From: Acidobacteriota bacterium
GTDB taxonomy: Bacteria > Acidobacteriota > Thermoanaerobaculia > UBA5066
Reading direction: 5' to 3'
DNA length: 36,773 bases
NCBI GenBank assembly: GCA_016789625.1
Contig: JAEUQS010000494.1
Span: 1-36,773 of the forward strand
Each line of letters begins with the position of its first letter. Position 1 is the stretch's first letter. Below are positions 26,809 to 34,516 of the stretch, piece by piece. Both the position numbers and the translations under genes were made by a program. Below the pieces are notes generated by a model that searched no databases, was not told the DNA's origin, and saw only the letters and a list, made by a program, of their open reading frames with translations.

Positions 26809-27636
26809 GTGACGGTTTTCGAGATCCTGCTCCCCGCGTTCGTCGCGAGCGTCATCCTCACCGGGATCCATGCCTACCTCGGCATCCACGTGGTCGAGCG
26901 GGGCGTGATCTTCGTGGATCTGTCGCTCGCGCAGATCGCGGCCTTCGGTGGCACCGTGGGATACCTCGCGGGCCACGACCTGCATTCGCCCGCGGCGTAC
27001 GCCTTCTCGCTGGGGTTCACGATGCTCGGCGCGGCGATTTTCGCGTTCACCCGCGCGCACCGGAAGACCCGCATTCCGCAGGAGGCGATCATCGGGATCG
27101 CCTACGCGGTGGCCGCCGCCGCGTCGGTGCTCGTGATGTCCAAGGCGACGCGCGAGACCGAGCACCTCAAGGAGATGCTCGTCGGCAACATCCTGTCGGT
27201 CACCTGGCCCGAGCTCGTGCGGACGGCCGCGCTCTACGCGCTCGTGGGCGCCTTCCACTACCTCTGCCGCGAGCGGTTCCTCCTGATCTCGCGCGACGAG
27301 GAAGAGGCCGGGCGGCGGGGCTGGAATGTGCGCACCTGGGATTTCCTCTTCTACGTGTCGTTCGGTTTCGTCGTGACGAGCTCGGTGGGGATCGCCGGCG
27401 TCCTCCTCGTGTTCTCGTTCCTCATCGTGCCGTCCGTGGCGTCGATGCTGTTCTCCGAGCGGATCGGCGTGCGGCTCGTGATCGGCTGGACGATGGGGGT
27501 CGTCGTCTCGGCAGCGGGCGTCCTCGTGTCGTTCTATTCGGATCTGCCGACGGGAGCGACCATCGTCGTCACGTTCGGCGTGGCGCTCCTGCTCATGGCC
27601 GGCGCGAAGAAGCTCGCCAGCCTCGGCTCGGGCTGA
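26809..27636 (+). CDS. znuB: Metal ABC transporter permease (ABC-3 family, ZnuB/TroC-like).
   Basis: The GTG start is 1 nt after the upstream stop. About 8 TM helices. ABC-3-like segments: ILTGIHAYLGIHVVERGVIFVDLSLAQIAAFG, EAIIGIAYAVAAAASVL. The symbol is tentative. Confidence 0.85.
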   Translation: MTVFEILLPAFVASVILTGIHAYLGIHVVERGVIFVDLSLAQIAAFGGTVGYLAGHDLHSPAAYAFSLGFTMLGAAIFAFTRAHRKTRIPQEAIIGIAYAVAAAASVLVMSKATRETEHLKEMLVGNILSVTWPELVRTAALYALVGAFHYLCRERFLLISRDEEEAGRRGWNVRTWDFLFYVSFGFVVTSSVGIAGVLLVFSFLIVPSVASMLFSERIGVRLVIGWTMGVVVSAAGVLVSFYSDLPTGATIVVTFGVALLLMAGAKKLASLGSG

Positions 27637-27637
27637 A

Positions 27638-29299
27638 TCACGGAATGCGCGTCGAGTAGGCCATCAGGTACGTGCCGTCGTCGAGCCGCACGACGGCCGG
27701 GTCCTTGAGCGCCGAGCTCTCCTTCCCCGTCGAGAGGTCGAGCGACAGTCGCCGCCCCGGATCGGCCGTCCAGCTCGTTCCGTTCGGCGAGAAGGCCGAG
27801 TTGATCCCCTGGGACTGTCCCGCGGGGGGCATGGCGTCGAAGGTGTAAAAGCGATAGCCGCCGGGTACCGCGACGCCGTTCGCGAAGATCTGTCCCACGC
27901 CGTCCTTCGGGACCACGACCTCGCCGTCGTACGTGAACGTGCGGCCGTCCACGGAGGTCGCGTGATGGTTCGAGCCGGGGATCCCGCCCGTGAAGAGATG
28001 CCAGACGCTGCCCACCTTCAGTGACGAGGGATCCAGCGCGACACCCCCGGCATAGGTGAACGCGACGCCCTTGTTCGTGAAGTGGATGCCGTCCGTTCCC
28101 TCGGCGACGTAGGACCGCGCGACGGTGTTCTGTCCGGCGGTGACGTAGAGCCGGAACGTGCCGTCGGGGAGGATCTGCACGTCCGGGTCGACGGGGTCGG
28201 CGAGGCCTTCGAAGCCCGACAGGACGACCTTTTTGTACACCCACGTGCGGCCTCTGTCGCGCGAGATGGCGACGACGGGCTTGTTCTTCTCGTTCCCCAC
28301 CGTCCAGCCGACGTAGTAGAGGTACACCCAGCCCCGGGCGTCCTGCACGAGCTCGGGCACGTCGGCCTGGTCGCTCACGACGATTCCGGTGCGGGTGAAC
28401 GCGAGGCCGTCCGGAGAGGTGGCCGTGACCAGGCGCGACACGCCCGGGCCCTCGCGCGCATCGCCCTCGCGGCCCTGGGGCGGATCGAAATCGCTCACGA
28501 GCGCCTCGCCCGCGATCCGTTCGGCCGCCTGGTAGCTTCCGTCCCCCGTGACGTTGTCGACGGGCGTGCCGTACAGGAAGAGCGAGCCCGTGAGCACCTC
28601 GGCCACGAGCACGTCTCCCGCGCGGACGTCCGCGCCCACGAAGGCCGCGGCGGTCTCCTGGAGGAAGCCGTTCGGCGGGAGCGTCTTCGTCGTCGTGGCG
28701 CGCACGAGGCCCCGCATGTCCCTGAGAGTGAGGGAAAGGGCCGTGGCCGACTCGCCCAACGTTCGTGCCCCGATGTTGAAGCGCAGGTTTCCGGTGCCCG
28801 GCACGAGCAGCACGGCGCGTTCTCCCGAAGACAGGGCTTCGGACGGTTTCACGACCGGCACCGAGAGACCCACCGTGCCGCCCGACGCGAGAGCCAGCGA
28901 GACGCGCGCGGAGAGGACGGGCAGGTCACCCTCCGTCGCCTTCACGTCGAGGCTGCCCGTGGCGGGGGAGAGCCGGAACTCGTCGCGCAGGAGGTCCTCG
29001 ATCGTCCGGACCTCTCCCGCGGCGAGGCGGAGCGTGATCTTCGGATCCGTGTCCTTCCCTTCGGCACCGGCGGGGTGGAACGTCAGCTCGACGGCGCTCG
29101 CGGCCTCGCTGCCGTTGTAGAGCGTGAGCGTGCTGCGCCAGGTGCCTCCGCCGAGGCCGGGCGCGCTCGCGACGGTGGGCACGATGCGGTCGGGCACGAT
29201 GCGGTCGGGCACGATGCGGTCGGGGGTGGCCGCGAGGCCGTTCGCGGCGAGGAGGAAGACGAACGGGCGGAGCCAGGACGACGGCGAGATCAGCTTCAT
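27638..29299 (-). CDS. Secreted two-domain protein, paralog 1: N-terminal beta-sandwich-like domain + C-terminal Asp-box (BNR-like) beta-propeller, glycosidase-like.
   Basis: ATG at 29299 with a GGAGG SD 5 nt upstream. The track start at 29389 is spurious. Signal peptide MKLISPSSWLRPFVFLLAANGLA, followed by PDRIV x3. The N-domain starts PTVASAPGLGGGTWRSTLTLYNGS. Propeller repeats: SPDGLAF, SRDRGRTW, GTDGIHF, SVDGRTF, SPNGTSW. Confidence 0.85.
   Translation of the reverse strand: MKLISPSSWLRPFVFLLAANGLAATPDRIVPDRIVPDRIVPTVASAPGLGGGTWRSTLTLYNGSEAASAVELTFHPAGAEGKDTDPKITLRLAAGEVRTIEDLLRDEFRLSPATGSLDVKATEGDLPVLSARVSLALASGGTVGLSVPVVKPSEALSSGERAVLLVPGTGNLRFNIGARTLGESATALSLTLRDMRGLVRATTTKTLPPNGFLQETAAAFVGADVRAGDVLVAEVLTGSLFLYGTPVDNVTGDGSYQAAERIAGEALVSDFDPPQGREGDAREGPGVSRLVTATSPDGLAFTRTGIVVSDQADVPELVQDARGWVYLYYVGWTVGNEKNKPVVAISRDRGRTWVYKKVVLSGFEGLADPVDPDVQILPDGTFRLYVTAGQNTVARSYVAEGTDGIHFTNKGVAFTYAGGVALDPSSLKVGSVWHLFTGGIPGSNHHATSVDGRTFTYDGEVVVPKDGVGQIFANGVAVPGGYRFYTFDAMPPAGQSQGINSAFSPNGTSWTADPGRRLSLDLSTGKESSALKDPAVVRLDDGTYLMAYSTRIP
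29177..29221 (-). repeat. Perfect 3 x 15-bp tandem repeat (GGGCACGATGCGGTC)3, coding PDRIV-PDRIV-PDRIV.
   Basis: Read directly. The repeat is in frame within paralog 1, immediately after the predicted signal peptide. Confidence 0.95.
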
Positions 29300-29345
29300 A
29301 CAACCTCCGTTGTGACGAAACCTCCATGACGTTCGCGGTCCGGTC

Positions 29346-29361
29346 CTTACACGAGTGTAAG
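29346..29361. promoter_or_regulatory. Perfect 16-bp palindrome CTTACAC-GA-GTGTAAG in the 116-nt divergent intergenic region between the two secreted paralogs. Candidate dimeric transcription-factor operator.
   Basis: Read directly: 7-bp perfect inverted arms with a 2-nt spacer, relatively AT-rich in a high-GC genome. It lies 46 nt from one ATG and 55 nt from the other. Confidence 0.45.
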
Positions 29362-29415
29362 AACCCGTGCGGAAGCGCCATGAAGGCAATAGACAAGGGA
29401 CTTCGAGGAGGAACG

Positions 29416-31014
29416 ATGCCCACGCTCCGCTCTCTGTGCGTCCTGCTCTTCTGGGCCGCGACAGCGCGCGGCGTCGAGACGCTCTCGTACATTCCGGCTG
29501 CTGCGCACGCGGAGGGTGCCGCGGGCTCGCTCTGGACCACCGAGGTCGCGCTCTTCAATCCGTCGCGGACCGGGGAGCGGCAGATCGGAATCCTCTTCCT
29601 GCCCCGGCTCGGACAGACGGCCCCCGCGGAGCTCGTGGTGCGCCTCGGCCCCCGTGAGGCAAGGACGCTGGCCGACGTCGTCGTGGCCCTCGGGACCTCG
29701 GGCGGCGGCGCGCTCCGCCTGCGGAGTGACGGCCCGATCGTGGCGTCCTCGCGGACGTTCAACACCGGCAGCCCGTCCTGCGGGACGTTTGGCACGGGCG
29801 TGCCCGCGATCCCGGAGTCCGCGGCGGTCACGGCGGGGGTGTTTCCTCCGCTTCGGGCGGCGCGCATCAACGTGGGACTGGTCTCGGTGAGGCCGAGCGG
29901 AACCACGCGGGCGCGGATCTCCCTCCGAAGCGAAAGCGGCACGATCTTGCTGCGCGAGGTCGCCGCGGACGTTCCGGCCCTCGGTTCGGTCCAGATCGAC
30001 GACGTGGTGCCTGGACTCTCGGCCGAGCCCGTCGTGATCGAGGTTTCGGCCGACGTTCCCGTTCTGGCGTGGGCGACCCCGATCGACGGAGCCTCGGGCG
30101 ACGGAACGTTCCTCCTCGCGACGCCCGACGGGCGGGACGACCAAGGCTGGGAGGCGCGCTTCCGGATTCCCGTCTCACAGGGCCTGACGTGGCGGGTCGA
30201 GGACGGCTTCCGCGCGACGCGGTCGGGCTTCACGTACGGCGTGCCGCGCGTGGTGGCGCTGCCGGACGGCCGCGTGAGGCTGTTCGCGCCCGCGATGGAC
30301 GGAATGCGGAGCGCGACGAGCACCGACGGCCTCACGTTCGTGGACGATCCGGGGACGCGCGGGCGCATGAGCGACGTGGCCGTCATCTACCTCGCGGGTG
30401 GTGGCTGGCGGTTCCTGTGGTCCGAGGGAACCCCGACGAGCCAGTTCCTGAAGAGCGCGGTGTCCACGGACGGACTGTCGTTCACCATGGAGCCGGGCGA
30501 GCGGATGCGGCCGGGGCCGCAGGACGCCGGGCTCATCCAGGTGCCGCACGCCGCGCGCCTCGCGGACGGCCGCTGGCGCCTCTACTACGTGGCCGACTGG
30601 CAGGGCACGGGCGGCAGCGTCAACCGCAACAACACCCGGACGGCGCTCTCGACCGACGAGGGCCTCACCTGGACCCTCGACGCCGGCAGCGAGGCGACCG
30701 GACGGGACACCGTGGATCCCGACGTCGTTCCGCTGGTGGGCGGCGGCTACCGGCTGTACTACAAGCAGGGCGATGCGTTTCGCGCCGCCGACAGTGCCGA
30801 CGGCAGGATCTTTCCGAATTCGGGAACCGCGGGCCGCCAGGTGCTCGACGCCCGGGAGCGCTACGACCCTACGATCATCAACTTCCCGGACGGCACGATC
30901 CGGATGTACTTCGGCACACCGGGGGGTATCGGCAGCGCAGTCGCGACAGATTCATTCAGCCCTCCGGGCCCGGAAACGCCTCCGGCGCGCTCATTGACCT
31001 CACCCCTTCCCTGA
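29416..31014 (+). CDS. Secreted two-domain protein, paralog 2: same architecture as 27638-29299.
   Basis: ATG at 29416 with a GAGGAGG SD upstream. Signal peptide MPTLRSLCVLLFWAATARG. The N-domain starts YIPAAAHAEGAAGSLWTTEVALFNPS. Propeller repeats: STDGLTF, STDGLSF, STDEGLTW, SADGRIF. The last ~20 aa are encoded by the 34-nt repeat element, and the gene overlaps the convergent gene by 15 nt. Confidence 0.85.
   Translation: MPTLRSLCVLLFWAATARGVETLSYIPAAAHAEGAAGSLWTTEVALFNPSRTGERQIGILFLPRLGQTAPAELVVRLGPREARTLADVVVALGTSGGGALRLRSDGPIVASSRTFNTGSPSCGTFGTGVPAIPESAAVTAGVFPPLRAARINVGLVSVRPSGTTRARISLRSESGTILLREVAADVPALGSVQIDDVVPGLSAEPVVIEVSADVPVLAWATPIDGASGDGTFLLATPDGRDDQGWEARFRIPVSQGLTWRVEDGFRATRSGFTYGVPRVVALPDGRVRLFAPAMDGMRSATSTDGLTFVDDPGTRGRMSDVAVIYLAGGGWRFLWSEGTPTSQFLKSAVSTDGLSFTMEPGERMRPGPQDAGLIQVPHAARLADGRWRLYYVADWQGTGGSVNRNNTRTALSTDEGLTWTLDAGSEATGRDTVDPDVVPLVGGGYRLYYKQGDAFRAADSADGRIFPNSGTAGRQVLDARERYDPTIINFPDGTIRMYFGTPGGIGSAVATDSFSPPGPETPPARSLTSPLP
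30955..30988. repeat. Copy B of the 34-nt repeated element (TTCAGCCCTCCGGGCCCGGAAACGCCTCCGGCGC).
   Basis: Same orientation as copy A. It lies directly 3' of the minus-strand DUF2461 gene stop (31000). On the plus strand it is read through as the last ~20 codons of paralog 2. Confidence 0.85.
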
Positions 31015-31725
31015 ACGAGCCGGCGCGAGCGCCGCGTCGAGCCAGGTGACGAACGGCGTCATGAGCTCGAACCGCTTCGCGATCTCGTTGGTCAGCGCGG
31101 ACGAGGTCGCGGTGGCCGGAGGCAGCACGGTCTTGAAGTAGACCTGGGTGTAGCCCAGCAGGTCGGCGGCCGGATGGTCCTTGGCGAAGCCGCGCGGCAC
31201 GCCTTTCAGTCGATCCCCCGACAGCTCACCCATGGCCGCGACCAGACGAGGGGCCTTCACGAGGGCGCGGAACTCGGCCGCGCGGTCGACGAACGCCGCG
31301 CGGAGCGCCGCGAGCTGGGGCGGACCCGGCATGTAGGCGCCGCCGATCACGGTGACGCCCCTGCCCGAGACGCCCACGTAGAAGCCCGCGACCTCCTGCT
31401 TCTCGAACCCGGCGAGCGAGAACACGGCGCCGACCTCGGTCTTGTAGGGCGATTTGTCGTTCGAGAAGCGCACGTCGCGGTTGAGCCGTGGAATCGCCTT
31501 CGCGGGATCCGGCACGCGGTACCGGGGTGCGATCGACGAAAGCCTCTCGTTGAGCGCCTCGACGAGCGCGATCGTGGGGGCCTTCACCGACTCCTCGTAG
31601 AGCTTCTTGCGCGGGTCGAACCAGGCCTTCTCGTTGTGGGCTTCGAGCCCGGAAAGGAACTCGAACGCTTCCTTCGAATAGCTCTTGAACGGCAATGGCG
31701 GCCTCCTCGATGCTGGAGGCCGCAT
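31000..31725 (-). CDS. DUF2461 (TIGR02453) family protein.
   Basis: Motifs: FSKEAFEFLSGLEAHNEKAWFDPRKKLYEESVKAP, RLNRDVRFSNDKSPYKT, GFYVGVSGRGVTVIGGAYMP. The outer ATG is at 31725. A TTG at 31695 preceded by GAGGAGG (6-nt spacer) gives MPFKSYSKEAFEFL, which fits the family N-terminus better. Confidence 0.85.
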   Translation of the reverse strand: MRPPASRRPPLPFKSYSKEAFEFLSGLEAHNEKAWFDPRKKLYEESVKAPTIALVEALNERLSSIAPRYRVPDPAKAIPRLNRDVRFSNDKSPYKTEVGAVFSLAGFEKQEVAGFYVGVSGRGVTVIGGAYMPGPPQLAALRAAFVDRAAEFRALVKAPRLVAAMGELSGDRLKGVPRGFAKDHPAADLLGYTQVYFKTVLPPATATSSALTNEIAKRFELMTPFVTWLDAALAPARSGKG

Positions 31726-31751
31726 TGTCCCGCTTGTTCCCCTGTGGGGGG

Positions 31752-31775
31752 CCTGGGGATCGAGAAACCCCCAGG
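31752..31775 (-). terminator. Hairpin CCTGGGG-N10-CCCCAGG immediately 3' of the fused lyase gene.
   Basis: Perfect 7-bp stem read directly. It starts 2 nt after the stop codon. No clear U-tract. Confidence 0.3.
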
Positions 31776-31776
31776 A

Positions 31777-34440
31777 TCAAAGTGGCTCGAATCGGCCCTG
31801 GAAGAAGCGGAGGGACGGCGGCTCGTAGACGAAGCGGAGACCGGTGATGGCCTCCCGCCGCTCGTAGAGGCGCGCGATGCCTTCGGCAACCGCCCTCATC
31901 TGCTCGTTCGAGTAGACGCGGCGCGGAATGGTGAGGCGCACGAGCTCCAGCGCGGGACGGTAGTTCTTCCCGTTCGGGTCGCGCCCCTTCGACACGTTGC
32001 CGCGCTCCATGACGCGGACGCCCGTCTCGAGGTAGATCTCGGCCGCGAGGCGCTGGGCCGGGTACTCGTCCTGGTCCACGTGCGGGAGAAAGCGCTTCAC
32101 GTCGATGAAGACGGCGTGGCTGCCCGTGGGCATCACCACCGGCACGCCCGCCTCGATGAGGCGCTCGGCGAGCCAGGCGGCCGGCTCCACGCGCGTACGG
32201 ATGTAGCGGTCGTCGAGCATCTCCTCGACTCCGCGTGCCATCGCGGCGAGATCGGCCGCGGGGAGGCCGCCGTCGCGCACGCCGCCCTCGTAGACGCGCA
32301 GCTTCTCCTCGGAGGCGCGGGCCCACGCGGCGTTGTCCTTGAACGCGAGGAGCCCGCCGATGTTGATGAGGAAGTCCTTCTTCCCCGAGACCGTGCAGCC
32401 GTCGCCGTGCGCCATCATCTCGCGCAGGATGTCGCGGATGTGCGTGCCGGCGTAGCGCGCGTCGCGCTTCTGGATCATGTAGGCGTTCTCCACGGCGCGG
32501 GTCGCGTCGAAGAGCACGGGGATTCCCTTGGGGCGACAGTACGCGTACACCTCGCGGAGGTTGTCCATGCTCACGGGCTGGCCGCCCGCCATGTTCACCG
32601 ACAGCTCGAACGAGAGGTACGCGATCTTCGCCGCGCCCTCGCGCCGAACCAGTGCGTCCAGCTTGTCGAGGTCCACGTTGCCCTTCCACGGGTACGCGCT
32701 CACGGGGTCGTGAGCCTCGTCGACGATGACGTCCACGAACGTGCCGCCCGCGAGCTCCTGGTGGATCTTCGTGGTGGTGAAGTACATGTTGCCCGGAACG
32801 TACTGTCCCGGCCGGATGAGCACCTCGCTCTGGATCTGCTCGGCCGCGCGGCCCTGGTGGGTGGGCAGGATGTACTCGTAGCCGTAGATGTCCTTCATGG
32901 CCGTGACGAACGCCACGTACGCGTCGCTCGTGGCCGGGGTCGCGCGGGCGCCGTCGTACGCGGCCCACTGGTCGGTGCTCATGGCCGTGGTGCCCGAGTC
33001 GGTCAGGAGGTCGATCGTCACGTCGGCCGAGCGCAGGAGGAACGTGTTCCAGCCGGCCTCGCGTATGGCCCGCTCGCGCTCCTCGCGGGTGGTGCGCGCG
33101 ATGGGCTCCGTGGTGTGGATGACGAACGGATAGCAGTCGAAGTCGTAGCTCGTGAGATCGGCGAACACCGAACGGAACTTCAGCTCGTCGTTCCACGTGC
33201 CGGCCACCTCGACGTCGAGCGGGGCCACCCGGCTCCGTTCCCCGTGCAGGCGGATGACGGCGTCGGCCACCTGGTCGAGCTGCCAGTTCGTCATCGCGAG
33301 CCGGGGGATCTGCAGAGGGAGCAGGTGGTCGCGTCCCGCGAGGCCGGCCACGGTCGCCCGCACGCCGCTCATCTGGTAGAGCGCGCACGCGAGCGCGTGC
33401 TCGGGGTTCGCGAGCACGTGGGGCAGGAAGAGATCGGCCTTCAGGTAGGCGCCGTCGCAGCCGCGCTCGAGCGGGATGCCGGAGGCGCGGAGCCGCTCGG
33501 TGAAGCGCTCCGTCTGGTGCATCACCCACTGCACCTCGGCCTCGTCGCACATCTCGGCGAGGCCGCGCGCGAGGACCTCCATGGTGCGTCCCGCCATGCC
33601 GCCGTACGTGTGGAGCCCCTCGTACACCACGACCTCGTTCATGAAGCGCTCGTGGAGGGCGGGGTTGTCGGTCGCGAGGAGGCCGCCGGTGTTGCTCTTG
33701 GCGTCCTGCGCGCCGTCGAGCAGGATGACGTGCGCGGTCTTGGCGATCTGCTTCACGAGGTCGGCGATGGAGCGCGTGCCCTGTCCGCTCTCGTGCCGCT
33801 TCATGTACCAGGCGTTCTCGATGACGCGCGAGACGTCGAGCACGAGATTCAGGCCGTGCCGGTCGGCGAGCGCCCGCACGCCGCGGAGGTTCGCGAGGCT
33901 GAACGGGTGCTGGCCGTCGGCGAACGCCTGCATCCCGATGATCGCGACCTTTCGCTCCGAGAGGAGCGCGTCGAGGAGCGTGAGGTCGACGTTGCCGGTG
34001 AAGAGGGGCTCGTTCGCGTCGCGCACGTCGGCGATCGCGATGCCGCGCGGCGCGTGGACGTCCACGCGGCCGCGGGCGTTGCTCGCGATGAGGGAGCCGC
34101 CCGGGGTCAACGTGGCGACGATGAGCTTCACGGCTCCCAGGCTGTTGTGCGTGGGGCACACGTACGTGTGGCCGAGCACCCGGGTCACCACGCTCACGAG
34201 CGTCTCGAAGTTGCGCGCGCCGGCGTAGGCCTCGTCGCCCACGAGCTGGCCCGCGATCTGCTCCTGGCTCATGGCGCTCGTGCCGTACGACGCCATGTCG
34301 AACGTGATCTGCGAGGGCGTGAGGTTGAACGGGTTGAAGTGCGCCCTGAGGAGGTTGCGCTTGCGCTCCTCAGGGCTCGGGAAGGCGATCAGGCGGACGG
34401 TCTTGATCTTGTGGGGCTCGTGAAGCGGAGCGTTGGCCAA
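31777..34440 (-). CDS. Head-to-tail fusion of two beta-eliminating lyase (tryptophanase / tyrosine phenol-lyase family) modules. The N-terminal module (aa 1-437, nt 33130-34440) is degenerate. The C-terminal module (aa 438-887, nt 31777-33129) keeps the PLP lysine.
   Basis: TTG start at 34440 with a GAGAGGA SD-like element upstream. The N-half has HEPHKIKTV, GDEAYAGARNF, LDVSRVIENAWYMKRHE, VYEGLHTYGGMAGRTMEVLARGL, LQIPRLAMT. The C-half has PFVIHTTEPIARTTREERERAIREAGWNTFLL, IDLLTDSGTTAMS, LPTHQGRAAEQ, WKGNVDLDKLDAL, NMAGGQPVS, FDATRAVENAYMIQKRD, SGKKDFLINIGGLL, RLTIPRRVYS, LRFVYEPPSLRFF. Both halves align end to end with E. coli TnaA as I remember it. Confidence 0.9.
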   Translation of the reverse strand: MANAPLHEPHKIKTVRLIAFPSPEERKRNLLRAHFNPFNLTPSQITFDMASYGTSAMSQEQIAGQLVGDEAYAGARNFETLVSVVTRVLGHTYVCPTHNSLGAVKLIVATLTPGGSLIASNARGRVDVHAPRGIAIADVRDANEPLFTGNVDLTLLDALLSERKVAIIGMQAFADGQHPFSLANLRGVRALADRHGLNLVLDVSRVIENAWYMKRHESGQGTRSIADLVKQIAKTAHVILLDGAQDAKSNTGGLLATDNPALHERFMNEVVVYEGLHTYGGMAGRTMEVLARGLAEMCDEAEVQWVMHQTERFTERLRASGIPLERGCDGAYLKADLFLPHVLANPEHALACALYQMSGVRATVAGLAGRDHLLPLQIPRLAMTNWQLDQVADAVIRLHGERSRVAPLDVEVAGTWNDELKFRSVFADLTSYDFDCYPFVIHTTEPIARTTREERERAIREAGWNTFLLRSADVTIDLLTDSGTTAMSTDQWAAYDGARATPATSDAYVAFVTAMKDIYGYEYILPTHQGRAAEQIQSEVLIRPGQYVPGNMYFTTTKIHQELAGGTFVDVIVDEAHDPVSAYPWKGNVDLDKLDALVRREGAAKIAYLSFELSVNMAGGQPVSMDNLREVYAYCRPKGIPVLFDATRAVENAYMIQKRDARYAGTHIRDILREMMAHGDGCTVSGKKDFLINIGGLLAFKDNAAWARASEEKLRVYEGGVRDGGLPAADLAAMARGVEEMLDDRYIRTRVEPAAWLAERLIEAGVPVVMPTGSHAVFIDVKRFLPHVDQDEYPAQRLAAEIYLETGVRVMERGNVSKGRDPNGKNYRPALELVRLTIPRRVYSNEQMRAVAEGIARLYERREAITGLRFVYEPPSLRFFQGRFEPL

Positions 34441-34499
34441 TGTCGGTCCTCTCGTCGTGTCGGTCGGCGCGATGGGGAGGTCTGGTCGTTCGGCTCCGC

Positions 34500-34516
34500 T
34501 TCCGCGGATCGCGGAA
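34500..34516 (-). other. Stem-loop TTCCGCG-GAT-CGCGGAA directly after the small membrane protein stop, upstream of the fused lyase gene.
   Basis: Perfect 7-bp stem with a 3-nt loop, read directly. No U-tract. Possibly an intra-operon stability or attenuation element. Confidence 0.25.

Noticed and set aside
29177-29221. Possible CRISPR array or other non-coding repeat (also 18505-18546).
   Set aside because: The repeat units are 15 and 6 nt, directly tandem with no spacers, and in frame inside well-supported coding sequences. I saw no cas genes.
29346-29361. The palindrome arms (TTACAC on each strand) as back-to-back -35 boxes of divergent promoters.
   Set aside because: I found no plausible -10 hexamer 16-19 nt downstream on either strand, so I kept the operator interpretation. 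Promoter consensus in this lineage is unknown to me.
34441-34516. A TnaC-like leader peptide or attenuator upstream of the lyase gene.
   Set aside because: The 76-nt spacer has no ATG or GTG start on the coding strand. It contains only a short stem-loop without a U-tract.
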